Part shown: positions 19,122 through 28,364 of the stretch, piece by piece
Layout of the letters: each line of letters begins with the position of its first letter
Numbering within the stretch: position 1 is the first letter of the stretch
DNA from: Candidatus Fermentibacterota bacterium
GTDB lineage: Bacteria > Fermentibacterota > Fermentibacteria > Fermentibacterales > JCC-6
Direction of reading: 5' to 3'
DNA: 64,000 nt
NCBI GenBank assembly: GCA_963845085.1
Contig: CAWJQI010000004.1
Span: 288,001-352,000 of the forward strand
Made by a program: the position numbers and the translations under genes
The notes under the pieces: model-generated
The model's input: the letters and a program-made list of their open reading frames with translations, nothing else
Told to the model about the DNA's origin: nothing
Databases searched by the model: none

Positions 19122-20239
19122 GGCGCGACCACCATGTGGAAGAGATGAGGGCCGTACTCGTGAGCCTGTGAACCGGTGCCCCAGAATTCCCTGAGTGCAG
19201 CCTCGCCGCCGGATGGCAGCGTGTTGAGGCTGTAAACGCATATTCCGCCGGCGCCCCTTGCGACGGCTTCATTGGCCGCGGCAAGAGCCGCCTGAACGCT
19301 CTGGTTGAAAACAGCGATGCCGTAGACCACGTCGGAGGGGTGTTCAGCTGTTGTCAAACGGGCCAGCTCGAGGGCACGCCCGCGATCAGTGGAGTAGGCC
19401 ATTGGGCAAACGAAATCTACGAGTCCGTCCGACAGCCAGTCCTGCCAGGGGCTTCCGTACTCGCCCGCGGCGGTGCCGGGATCAGCCATCACCGCACAGG
19501 AGAGAAGGGTGGAAGGAGCCGCGGAATTAAGGCGGAACCTCACCGTTTCGATGGTCATCGTCACCTGGTCGGCCTTCCAGCTCTCCCAGCGGTCGGGGGC
19601 TTCAGAGGGCATGAAACCGGTTTCATTGAAGAACATCGAGACTGCAACCGGCTCGTAGCCGAACGATGAGTTCGGGTACCGAACGTAGTCGAGGTGAATA
19701 CCCTCTACCTGGTAGTTCATCGCTATTTCCAGCGCGATCGATGCGATGAAAGCCCTCACCTCGGGAAGTGCGGGTGAAAGGGTTGCCCCAACTATCCCGG
19801 CCGCCTCTGCTTCGCTTCGCGAATACTCACGGGTGGACCTTCCAGATGCGTCGGCCATGAACCACTCGGGATGGGTGTGCCAGACGTGGCTTGAGTCGGA
19901 GGGCGCCTGCGGGGCTGACCAGACCAGAAAAGCGTTCACCCATGCATGAACCTCCATGCCCCTGGGCTTTGCCCTGGCGATCAGATAGGCAAGCGGGTCA
20001 TCAAATCCGGAAAACTCGGCGCGGGGAAGGATGTCGGAGTTGTAGTAGGCCTCGCCCCTGCCCATCACCTGAACGACAAGGCCGTTGGCTCCGGCAGCCT
20101 CGGCCATCAGGATCAGCCTGTCCAGTGAGTCGGGGTGCACCATTGCATCCCGGGATACCCAGAAGTAACGGCAATCCTCCTCGCCGTAGGAAATCCCGGC
20201 AAGAAGGACGACAAAGAACAGGCAGAGAATTCTTCCCAT
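19118..20239 (-). CDS. Glycoside hydrolase-like family 10 (DUF187/YddW-like)
   Basis: Signal peptide; QV.GRGEAYY.S, EVHAW, GIHLDYVRY and PMAY motifs. Confidence 0.85.
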   Translation of the reverse strand: MGRILCLFFVVLLAGISYGEEDCRYFWVSRDAMVHPDSLDRLILMAEAAGANGLVVQVMGRGEAYYNSDILPRAEFSGFDDPLAYLIARAKPRGMEVHAWVNAFLVWSAPQAPSDSSHVWHTHPEWFMADASGRSTREYSRSEAEAAGIVGATLSPALPEVRAFIASIALEIAMNYQVEGIHLDYVRYPNSSFGYEPVAVSMFFNETGFMPSEAPDRWESWKADQVTMTIETVRFRLNSAAPSTLLSCAVMADPGTAAGEYGSPWQDWLSDGLVDFVCPMAYSTDRGRALELARLTTAEHPSDVVYGIAVFNQSVQAALAAANEAVARGAGGICVYSLNTLPSGGEAALREFWGTGSQAHEYGPHLFHMVVAP

Positions 20240-20287
20240 AAGTGGTAAGATACTTTCGGGGAAGACGGTTTCAAAACGGCCCGGCAA

Positions 20288-21262
20288 TCACCTCAGGCAA
20301 TCCGGGAACTCCTCTTTTCTGGGCCTCCCGAAAAGCATTTCGATGGCCTCTCCAAAACTTATGCTCCCCCTGATCATGCCTGCAACGGCAGCCGTTATCG
20401 GCAGTTCAACGCCGAGGTCGCATGCGAGTCTGAGAAGGGCTTCACTGGTGGCAACCCCTTCTGCGAGGCCTTTTGAACTTTCGCCCCTGGCAAATGCTTC
20501 ACCCCACGCCCGGTTACGGCTCCAGGGGGAGAAGAGCGTTGCCTCGTAGTCACCGAGATGGCTCAGCCCGTAGACGCTCCGCCAATCCCCGCCCGCCGCC
20601 GAAACAAGCCGTGCAACCTCCTGGGGTCCCCTTGCCATCAGCGCGCCCTTCAGCCCCGTCATCCCTTTGCCGTCAAGCATTCCTGCGGCGATCCCGATCA
20701 CATTCTTTGCTGCGGCGCCTATCTCGCAGCCGGGGAGGTCACGACTGTGGTATATCCTTACCAGTTGGGAAGATGCACTCTCCGAGACCCGCAGGGCGCA
20801 GGCTTCGTCCTCCGACGCCACGATCATGCACCCGGGAACTCCCTTCACGAATTCCTGTGGATGGCCGGGACCAACCCAGGCGCATATGGACCGCGGGGCG
20901 ACGCCCTCTTCCAGCGCCACAATTGAAAGCCGTTTCCCGGTGTCCTCCTCGAGGCCCTTCATGCAAAGAACCAGGTCGGACTGCGACAGATCCTGTCCGG
21001 AGAGAATCCGGGCAAGGTTCCTGAAACTCTGGGCGGGGCAGGACACGACCACCTGGTCGGCATCCAGAAGGGCTTCACCGAGGTCGGATGTGAGAATGAC
21101 ACTCTCGGGAAGGGCAAGGTAGTCGTTCCTGCGGGCAGCTCTCAACCGGTCGAACGGTCCGCTGTCCGCAGGCTCCCAGCCGACAACGGAATGGCCGAGC
21201 CTCGCCCCGTACCACAGGTGAAAGCTTCCCCACCTTCCGCACCCGAGAACCGCTGACTTCAT
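20288..21262 (-). CDS. gpsA: NAD(P)H-dependent glycerol-3-phosphate dehydrogenase
   Basis: G.G.WG Rossmann motif, KGLE, GPGH, KNVIGIAAG, GLSHLGD..T..S..SRN and AEG motifs. Confidence 0.92.
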   Translation of the reverse strand: MKSAVLGCGRWGSFHLWYGARLGHSVVGWEPADSGPFDRLRAARRNDYLALPESVILTSDLGEALLDADQVVVSCPAQSFRNLARILSGQDLSQSDLVLCMKGLEEDTGKRLSIVALEEGVAPRSICAWVGPGHPQEFVKGVPGCMIVASEDEACALRVSESASSQLVRIYHSRDLPGCEIGAAAKNVIGIAAGMLDGKGMTGLKGALMARGPQEVARLVSAAGGDWRSVYGLSHLGDYEATLFSPWSRNRAWGEAFARGESSKGLAEGVATSEALLRLACDLGVELPITAAVAGMIRGSISFGEAIEMLFGRPRKEEFPDCLR

Positions 21263-22545
21263 CTTTCCTGCCTTCTGAGGAACTGCACGTCCCCCCAGTC
21301 CCAGACACGGCCCGGATCTTCATCCACGCTTGCCGGGATGTAATTCCATTCAACGGTCCCGAAGCACACCGAGCAACGGAACTGCACAAGAAAACTCCAC
21401 GCGCACAGGAGCAGGATGACGAAGGCCTGCAAAAGCCGCCTGCGTCCTTCAAGAAGCCTGACCTCATTCACAACGGGGACCAGAAAGTATACCATGAACG
21501 GAACCGCATCGGTGAAAAACCTCGGGCCGGTGCAATGGCCGCCCCACCAGTGGGGAAACATCGAGATAAGGATCCAGTGGAGGAATACGGCGGACGCGAG
21601 TGACCATTCGATCAGCCCGAATTTTCCGTTCCGAACAAGTCGCCAGGCCCCGAAGAACGCCAGGCAAAGCACCGGGGAGAACACGAACAGGCCGCGGTTG
21701 GGGCTGAAAAGGTTCGCAGCGAGCGCCTCGGCGAAAAATGGACCGAACGTTATCCGCGCGGCCTGAAAGTAGGGGGGCAGGAGCGATCCGTACACTCCGA
21801 GGTTGTATGCAACGAACAGCCCCGCCATGGGCAGCATGAAAAGAAGCCCTGCAAATGACCGGCGCGGGTGTTTCACAAATGCAACCAGGGCAAGGCAGAA
21901 GGATGTTACGAGCGTTGTCGGCCTGACAATGTAGGCCAGGAACAAGACCGGGAACAGGAGCGGAATGAAGCGGTCGTTCTCCCTGCCGCGCATCAGCAGG
22001 TAGAGCGCCGAGGAAAGAAGAAGGAGCACCGGACCGTGCTGCCAGAGCGCCCGGCTGGCGGTTGACCATGCCGGCGTGCAGAATGCGTAGATGAAGGTGA
22101 TGAAAAGCGCTTCCGGTATTCGTGCCGCGCATCCTCTCGAGATGAGGAACACGAACACCGCCGACATGGCGACGAAGACCGAGGCGATGAGACGCTCCAC
22201 CCACTCGGCCCGGTCGTGCTGCAGGTACTGCTCGAACGACTCTCCGGTGAACACCCGCATTGCCGTGTCCACCCCCCAGACCATCGGCAGCGAAAGCAGT
22301 GCGGTGCCTATGGGAAAGTGGTTGTAAAGCCCTCCGTCGAGCCCCTCCACGGGTGCGTAGCCGTCCCCGCGGATCCTTTCCCCGTACTCGTTTATATCTG
22401 CATCACCGTGCCTGATGATGCTCTCCGCCACCGGCAGGAACCAGCGTGAGTCGCTGGCCGTGATGACCGGGCAGCTCACATGCGCTGCAAACACGAACAG
22501 GAATACCGCCAGTGGTGCGGACCGAACGAACAGGTTGCTTTTCAA
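21259..22545 (-). CDS. Polytopic membrane protein, probable GT-C glycosyltransferase
   Basis: About 11 TM helices; ALWQHG, SPNRGLFVFSP and WWGG..GPRF motifs. Confidence 0.6.
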   Translation of the reverse strand: MKSNLFVRSAPLAVFLFVFAAHVSCPVITASDSRWFLPVAESIIRHGDADINEYGERIRGDGYAPVEGLDGGLYNHFPIGTALLSLPMVWGVDTAMRVFTGESFEQYLQHDRAEWVERLIASVFVAMSAVFVFLISRGCAARIPEALFITFIYAFCTPAWSTASRALWQHGPVLLLLSSALYLLMRGRENDRFIPLLFPVLFLAYIVRPTTLVTSFCLALVAFVKHPRRSFAGLLFMLPMAGLFVAYNLGVYGSLLPPYFQAARITFGPFFAEALAANLFSPNRGLFVFSPVLCLAFFGAWRLVRNGKFGLIEWSLASAVFLHWILISMFPHWWGGHCTGPRFFTDAVPFMVYFLVPVVNEVRLLEGRRRLLQAFVILLLCAWSFLVQFRCSVCFGTVEWNYIPASVDEDPGRVWDWGDVQFLRRQER

Positions 22546-22665
22546 TGCTTCCTCTTCAAGGGGAACCGGCACCCGGGGACTGCGGTGTCAATCGGGCTCC
22601 GATTTCATTTATAATCGTCTTCACAGGTCAAGAAAAGCGTACACCTGATCACAGGGAGGTTCGAG

Positions 22666-23772
22666 ATGAATCGGAAACGTGTTGCTCTGATTCTTGTTCT
22701 TCTGGCTGCCGCATGCGGCGACCAGCCTTCACAGACCGGGCAGGCTGCAGGGCTTCCTGTCGATACGCTTTCAGCAGCCCTTTCAATAGGGGTCGAGCTC
22801 GGTGATTCCACGAACACCTTCGGGGTCATCCAGGATGCATTGGTACTTCCCGACAGCCGACTGCTTGTTCTCGACAGGCAATCCGCCTGCATGAAGCTCT
22901 TCGATTCGGATGGAGAATATGTCAGGCAACTTTCGCGAAGGGGCGGCGGTCCGGGCGAGCTCAACATGCCCTGGGAATTGTTCCTCATGCCGGATGGCAG
23001 GCTTCTCGTCCTTGAGATGATGAAACAGGGCTATGTGGTCTTTGACGAGGATCTTCAGTTCACCGAGGAGATCAGTCACTGGGCGCAGAACCCCCCGATG
23101 CTGGCCTCGCCCCTTTCCGACAGCACCTTTTCCGCCTACAAGATCGACACTGACATGGTGGACGAAAGAATCGTCATGAACCGCCGCATCGTCGTCTACA
23201 GGGTGGGAGAGCAGGATTATGACACCGTCCTCTGGGAGGACTCCCTCACCGCGACACCCGACGACATCATGGAAAACCCATCGATGTTCGTGACCGACCT
23301 TCTGGATGCGTTCTGTCTTGCCGGCGACGAAAACGGTACGGTCTACTTCGCCGAGAAGAGCGGCGAGGTCTACGAGATACTGGGATGGAACTCCTCCGGC
23401 GCGGAGGTCTTCAGGGCAACCATGGCCCTTGAGCCTGTTCCGAAGACCCCCGAGGAGATCGAGGAGGAGAAGGCCTACATGAACCGCTTCTTCGCGGGGA
23501 TGGGAGGCGGAATGTCCTTCGACTTCGAACCCGAGCCCAACCGGAACATGATCGTGGCCCTCGGGATCGGGCCGGGGGGTAACGTATGGGCACAGAGAGG
23601 CACCACTGATACTCCCTTTTTCGACATCTTCGACACTTCAGGCAATCTACTGGGTCACGCCGTTTTCCCCGAACCGGGCTGGAGCTGGACCTTCAGCATC
23701 TCGCCCCGGGGAATCCTTGCATGGGAGGCCGACCCGCCCGAGGGGTACCAGGTGTTGCACCTGCTGCAGTGA
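22666..23772 (+). CDS. 6-bladed beta-propeller lipoprotein
   Basis: Lipobox AAAC; GGAGG RBS; FD.DG.YV....R.G.GPGE...P motif. Confidence 0.8.
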   Translation: MNRKRVALILVLLAAACGDQPSQTGQAAGLPVDTLSAALSIGVELGDSTNTFGVIQDALVLPDSRLLVLDRQSACMKLFDSDGEYVRQLSRRGGGPGELNMPWELFLMPDGRLLVLEMMKQGYVVFDEDLQFTEEISHWAQNPPMLASPLSDSTFSAYKIDTDMVDERIVMNRRIVVYRVGEQDYDTVLWEDSLTATPDDIMENPSMFVTDLLDAFCLAGDENGTVYFAEKSGEVYEILGWNSSGAEVFRATMALEPVPKTPEEIEEEKAYMNRFFAGMGGGMSFDFEPEPNRNMIVALGIGPGGNVWAQRGTTDTPFFDIFDTSGNLLGHAVFPEPGWSWTFSISPRGILAWEADPPEGYQVLHLLQ

Positions 23773-23836
23773 AACCTGAAAACAATTCTGATGCATGCAG
23801 TTAGCGCAGCAATCTAAGTTATCTTAGTCCGTCCCC
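23770..23836 (+). repeat. Dispersed ~70-bp repeat, copy A
   Basis: Homologous to the reverse complement of 52913-52983; the last 15 nt (TCTTAGTCCGTCCCC) are identical. Confidence 0.6.
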
Positions 23837-24867
23837 AAAAAATCGACGAGGATGGCGCGGAAAAGGTCGCCGTCGAAGCGGTGATCGCCCTGGAATGTGC
23901 TGAGCTCAACATCGCACCCGTGCGAGGCAAGCACCGAGACCGCCTGCAGCGCGGCGTCGAAGTCGACGGCATCATCCTGCTCGCCGTGCACTATCCGTAC
24001 CGGCAGGCTCCGGGCGGCCTCGATCTCCGCGTCGGTGACCCCGTCCGGCAGCCAGCCGCTGAACGGGGCGATGCCGGCGAACCTTGCGGGCTCGCGAAAG
24101 CCGACGAGGTACGTGAGACCGGCGCCCTGCGAGTACCCGAACAGGTAGACTTCGCCGACGTTGTACTCGCCCTCGAGATAGTCGAGAACGGAGAGGACGT
24201 AATCCGTTGCCTGTGCTTCGGAGTACCCCTCCTCGAACCAGCTGTAGCCCGGCCCGTCGCCCGTGTCGAAGGCGAACGGAGCCTGCGGGGCCGCCAGAAT
24301 GCACCGGAACTCACCGGCAATGTTCCAGAGCCTGATGAAACGTTCGGGAGTGCCGCCGTAGCCGTGAAGCCCCAGCAGAAGAGGCAGGGGTTCGCTTCCA
24401 TCGTAGTCCTCCGGTGTTTTTACAACGCACCGGAACGGCCCCGTCGTGCTTACGATGTGTGTAACGCCCACGAGGTCGGTCTCAAGGGAACGAAGCTGAA
24501 CCAGGCTGTCGACGAGCGAGCTGAAGGCGGCGTCGTTCCTTACCGCGTCGAAGTCGGTGTCTCGCCCGAGCAGCTCCATGTCGCGGAAGCCTGCCCGCCA
24601 GGCCCTCCGGAGGTAGGTTGTCGCCAGGTCGGCCCGTTCGAGCAGGCCGTAGCAGCAGGCGAGGTTGTAGATGTAGATCTCATCCCAGGGCTGGGCTCTC
24701 AGACCCTCGATGTAGTATCCGACCGCGCCCTCGTAATCCTGCACCCTGTAGCACGAATCGCCGCTGGCAAATGCCTGGTCGTAGAACCCGGCTTCATCGA
24801 GGAACGAACCCGCAGCGGGATCGTACAGGTCTCCGGACGCCGCGATGGAAAGAAGCATGAAGATCAC
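23824..24867 (-). CDS. TPR-containing alpha/beta-hydrolase (carboxylesterase/phospholipase-like)
   Basis: N-terminal TPR (YNLACCYGL); LHGYG; nucleophile elbow GYSQG; HGEQDDAV and GDH triad elements. Confidence 0.85.
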   Translation of the reverse strand: MIFMLLSIAASGDLYDPAAGSFLDEAGFYDQAFASGDSCYRVQDYEGAVGYYIEGLRAQPWDEIYIYNLACCYGLLERADLATTYLRRAWRAGFRDMELLGRDTDFDAVRNDAAFSSLVDSLVQLRSLETDLVGVTHIVSTTGPFRCVVKTPEDYDGSEPLPLLLGLHGYGGTPERFIRLWNIAGEFRCILAAPQAPFAFDTGDGPGYSWFEEGYSEAQATDYVLSVLDYLEGEYNVGEVYLFGYSQGAGLTYLVGFREPARFAGIAPFSGWLPDGVTDAEIEAARSLPVRIVHGEQDDAVDFDAALQAVSVLASHGCDVELSTFQGDHRFDGDLFRAILVDFLGTD

Positions 24868-24926
24868 TCTACGCCCTCCGTTTCTTTACCAATGGAGCAC
24901 AAAAACACGAGCGGCACGGGCAGCCG

Positions 24927-26330
24927 TCATGACAGCCCGCCCCTCACGAGAACGAAATAGAGCACCAGTACAAGAGCCATGAAGTACGAGAGCCAACCGA
25001 CGCGCCTGCCTTTTCCGGCCAGCAGCTTCACGACCGGGTAGCTGATGAACCCCACGGCGAGGCCGTCACCGATCGAGTAGGTGAAGGGGATGGCTATCAT
25101 CGTGAAAAACGCCGGCAGTGCCTCTGAGAAGTCCTTCCAGTCAATCCCTGCAATTCCCTGTATCATCAGGGCGCCGACCACCACAAGGGCCGGGGCGGTT
25201 ATAACCGCGTACCCGCCGACCATGGAAAAGAGCGGCGCGAAGAACAGCGCAACAAGGAAGAGAAGCCCCGCTGTCACGGCCGTAAGGCCGGTTCGCCCCC
25301 CCTGCTCGACCCCTGCGGCGCTCTCGATGAAGCTGGTCACCGTGCTGGTGCCGGCGACTGCCCCCACGACCGTTCCGACGGCATCCGACACCAGTACCTT
25401 CTCCACGTTCGGCAGCCGCCCGTTCCTCATGAACCCGGCCATCGATGCAACTCCGACGAGGGTTCCCATGGTGTCGAAAACGTCCATGAACAGCAGGACG
25501 ATGATGAAGGGAAGCATGGTCAGGTTCAGGGCGCCCGCGATATCCATCTTCATGAAGGTTGGCGCCATCGAGGGCGGGGCGGAAATGATCCTGGCGCCGG
25601 GGGTGAACCCGGCGAGCATCGTTCCGGACATGGACTGCTCGGGAAGGGTCAAACGCAGTACGACGGCCATGGCGGTCACGATGATGATGCCCCAGAAGAT
25701 GCTTCCCCGTACCTTTCTCGCAGCCAGGGCTCCGGTGATGAAGAGTCCGGCCAGGAAGAGCCAGATATCGGGGTTTGAGAAATCGGTGTTGAGCCTGACC
25801 GCCGTTCCCGGGTCGGCAAGCACGAAGCCCGAGTTGCGAAGGCCGATGAATGCGATGAAGAGCCCGATACCACCTGCTATGCCGGCCTTCATGCCGGGGC
25901 TCAGCGCGGTGATCAGCCTGCTTCTCACTCCGAAAACCGAAATGGCGAGGAAAAGCACACCGCTCACGAACACCGCACCGAGTGCAACCTGCCAGGCTGT
26001 CGTTGCCCCCGCCCTGACGGCTGTCAGGGTTGCGGCCGCGGGGATGACGCTGAAAACCATGAAGAAATTCTCGCCCATTCCCGGGGCCTGGGCGATGGGG
26101 TAGCGGGCGTACAGCCCCATGATGATCGATGCGACGGCGGCCGAGATACAGGTGGCGGTCATCACGGCGCCCGCGTCGAGGCCGGTCTCGATCCCGAACA
26201 ACTGCCCCGACAGTATCGCGGGTTGTAGAAAGATGATGTAGGACATCGTGAGAAATACGGTCAAGCCGGCGCCAAGCTCGGTTCCCGCCGTGGTGCCCCG
26301 CGCGGTCAGCCCGAAGATGCGATCAAGCAT
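24927..26330 (-). CDS. NCS2/AzgA-family purine permease
   Basis: APGMGENFF, GIGLFIAFIG, FDTMGTL and FIESAAGV..GGRTGL motifs. Confidence 0.92.
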   Translation of the reverse strand: MLDRIFGLTARGTTAGTELGAGLTVFLTMSYIIFLQPAILSGQLFGIETGLDAGAVMTATCISAAVASIIMGLYARYPIAQAPGMGENFFMVFSVIPAAATLTAVRAGATTAWQVALGAVFVSGVLFLAISVFGVRSRLITALSPGMKAGIAGGIGLFIAFIGLRNSGFVLADPGTAVRLNTDFSNPDIWLFLAGLFITGALAARKVRGSIFWGIIIVTAMAVVLRLTLPEQSMSGTMLAGFTPGARIISAPPSMAPTFMKMDIAGALNLTMLPFIIVLLFMDVFDTMGTLVGVASMAGFMRNGRLPNVEKVLVSDAVGTVVGAVAGTSTVTSFIESAAGVEQGGRTGLTAVTAGLLFLVALFFAPLFSMVGGYAVITAPALVVVGALMIQGIAGIDWKDFSEALPAFFTMIAIPFTYSIGDGLAVGFISYPVVKLLAGKGRRVGWLSYFMALVLVLYFVLVRGGLS

Positions 26331-27234
26331 TCCCCACTCTCCTGTAAAGCCCGGTGGACTTCCAGCGGCGGTGCGCCCACCAGTAGTGATCCGGGTTCTC
26401 CCTCACCGCTTCCTCAAGAACCCTGGTGTACCTGGCCGTGATCTCGAGTTCTGCCTCTTCCTTCGATAGATCGGTCCGCGGGTAAAGCACCGCCCGCAAT
26501 ACATACCTCTGATACGGGCCACGGGTTCTCACCATGAAACTGCAGGAGATAGGAACTCCGAGTTTCACGCTGAACGCGGCGGCGCCCCTTGGGGTCGAAG
26601 CGGGGAATCCGAAGAACGGCACCACCAGGCCGCTCTTTCCGGCGTCCTGGTCACTGAGCCATGAAGCTGCGCCCCCGTTCTTCGCAATTTCAATTATGCC
26701 GCGCATCGCTGCGTCACGGGTGAGCAGCCTGTTCCCGTGCGAGCCTCTCAGACGGTTTATATGGCCGTCGACAAGGGCGTTCCTCTGCTCGCCCACGAGA
26801 AAGGCCGTTCCGGGCTTCAGGAACCCCGTCATTATCCCGCCGTACTCCCAGTTGCCGTAGTGAAAGCTTATCGCAAGCAGACCGGTTCCGCAGGCGAGGA
26901 ATTGCTCGAGTGCCGGGGTCTGTTCCACCGAGACGTACTTCCCGGCGTATTCCCTGTTCATGCGGGGCTGCCTTGCAAACTCCACCATGAACCTTCCGGC
27001 GTTCCGGTAGGAGTCGCGTCCGATCCTGTCGATGCCCCGAGGGTCAAGGTCGGGGAACGCCTGGCGGATGTTGATGCGGCAGACGCCCTTCCTCAAGCCG
27101 AAAACGCTCCAGCAGATCCGTCCGAGAAGGGACCCCATGGCCAGGGCCGCCCTGAGGGGCAACGCGTTGACAAACGCCGACACCGCCATCAGTGCACAGT
27201 ATTGCACGCCGTGACTGAACCCGCGTTTGCTCAT
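26323..27234 (-). CDS. Lipid A lauroyl/late acyltransferase (HtrB/LpxL family)
   Basis: HYGNWE, DQD, FFG and P.HYWW.HRRWK motifs. Confidence 0.9.
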   Translation of the reverse strand: MSKRGFSHGVQYCALMAVSAFVNALPLRAALAMGSLLGRICWSVFGLRKGVCRINIRQAFPDLDPRGIDRIGRDSYRNAGRFMVEFARQPRMNREYAGKYVSVEQTPALEQFLACGTGLLAISFHYGNWEYGGIMTGFLKPGTAFLVGEQRNALVDGHINRLRGSHGNRLLTRDAAMRGIIEIAKNGGAASWLSDQDAGKSGLVVPFFGFPASTPRGAAAFSVKLGVPISCSFMVRTRGPYQRYVLRAVLYPRTDLSKEEAELEITARYTRVLEEAVRENPDHYWWAHRRWKSTGLYRRVGNA

Positions 27235-28364
27235 TGCTTCGCCGTCCTGACAAACAGGGACTTTATCCCGACGGCGTTCTCGGGGCAGAGCTCATGGCAG
27301 CACAGGCACATAATGCATTTTCCCCGCTTCATGTAGGCGCGCCCCTTTCTTATCTCGATGGCGTCGACGGGGCAGCTTCTGGCACAGAACCCGCAACCCG
27401 TGCATCTTTCGTTCGACCTGGGAGCAACCCTGAAAAGACCCCTTGCCACGGTGCCCAGGAACGGAGGCACGCTGTTCAGCCATGACCTTCCGGGTATCCG
27501 AAAATCCTCGAACCTGTGGGAACCGTGGATGGAAATATCCTTCAGGTCCTTCCCGAGCCCCCTCTTTCTGGCTTCCCGGGTGGTGTCGAGTTCCTGCGGT
27601 GGAAGGCCTGCCATCGCGCACATCGCAGAATCGAGGCACACGCCGTCCCTGGCGACGGCCAAAACCCCGTCGAGCCTCGGCCTTCCGTCGGTGCTCGGTC
27701 CCCTGCCATCCATCGCGAGGATGCAGTCGGAAATGTGAAGGTCGAAACGGGCGGCCTCGTAGAGGTCCACGATGTTCACGGCCAGATCCCTGGGTCGGGG
27801 CGAGCGTGTGTGAAGCATGGCTTTGCCCAGCCCCGGCACGATCCCGAAGCAGTTCTTCACCGCGTTCGTCATGCGGGTGTACGAGTGAGTCTTGAACTTG
27901 CAGAGGTTGATCCTGAGATCGAAGCCTTCAAGAATGGGGATTGCGATGTCGTACTCCCTGCCCCGTACAACGACCTTCCTGGAGCCTGAGCTCTCGAAGT
28001 TGACAAGACCGATGCCGGTCTCCCTGCACATTTCGAGGTAGCCGCAGTTCTTCCAGTACCTTTCCACGCCCCTCACCGCGCCGCCCGGGCTGTCGCCGAG
28101 AAAAACGGTGCAGCCCCTGGCCATGAGACAGAGCCCCACTGCGGCTGCAACCTCGGGATGCGTTGTGATTCCCCTCTCGGGGCTCTTGGCGGCGAGCATG
28201 TTCACCTTGAGAAGGACCCTTGCGCCGGGAACGGCCGACCCGGGCCATCCCCCCGCAAGGGGCACCATCTCCTCAAGCGCTGCGATGATCGTTTCACGCC
28301 GGTACCCGTCGAAACCGTCCCGCAGCACCACGTCAAAGGTGTTCGTACTACCGGGCGCAGACAC
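27231..28364 (-). CDS. DUF362 protein with C-terminal 2x[4Fe-4S] ferredoxin
   Basis: TTHPEV, GDSPGG, KFKTH, KNCFG; CTGCGFCARSCP and CIMCLCCHELCP. Confidence 0.9.
   Translation of the reverse strand: MSAPGSTNTFDVVLRDGFDGYRRETIIAALEEMVPLAGGWPGSAVPGARVLLKVNMLAAKSPERGITTHPEVAAAVGLCLMARGCTVFLGDSPGGAVRGVERYWKNCGYLEMCRETGIGLVNFESSGSRKVVVRGREYDIAIPILEGFDLRINLCKFKTHSYTRMTNAVKNCFGIVPGLGKAMLHTRSPRPRDLAVNIVDLYEAARFDLHISDCILAMDGRGPSTDGRPRLDGVLAVARDGVCLDSAMCAMAGLPPQELDTTREARKRGLGKDLKDISIHGSHRFEDFRIPGRSWLNSVPPFLGTVARGLFRVAPRSNERCTGCGFCARSCPVDAIEIRKGRAYMKRGKCIMCLCCHELCPENAVGIKSLFVRTAKQ

Noticed and set aside
23770..23836. Integron attC site
   Set aside because: No RYYYAAC...GTTRRRY bounded palindrome, no cassette array and no integrase; retained only as a dispersed repeat.
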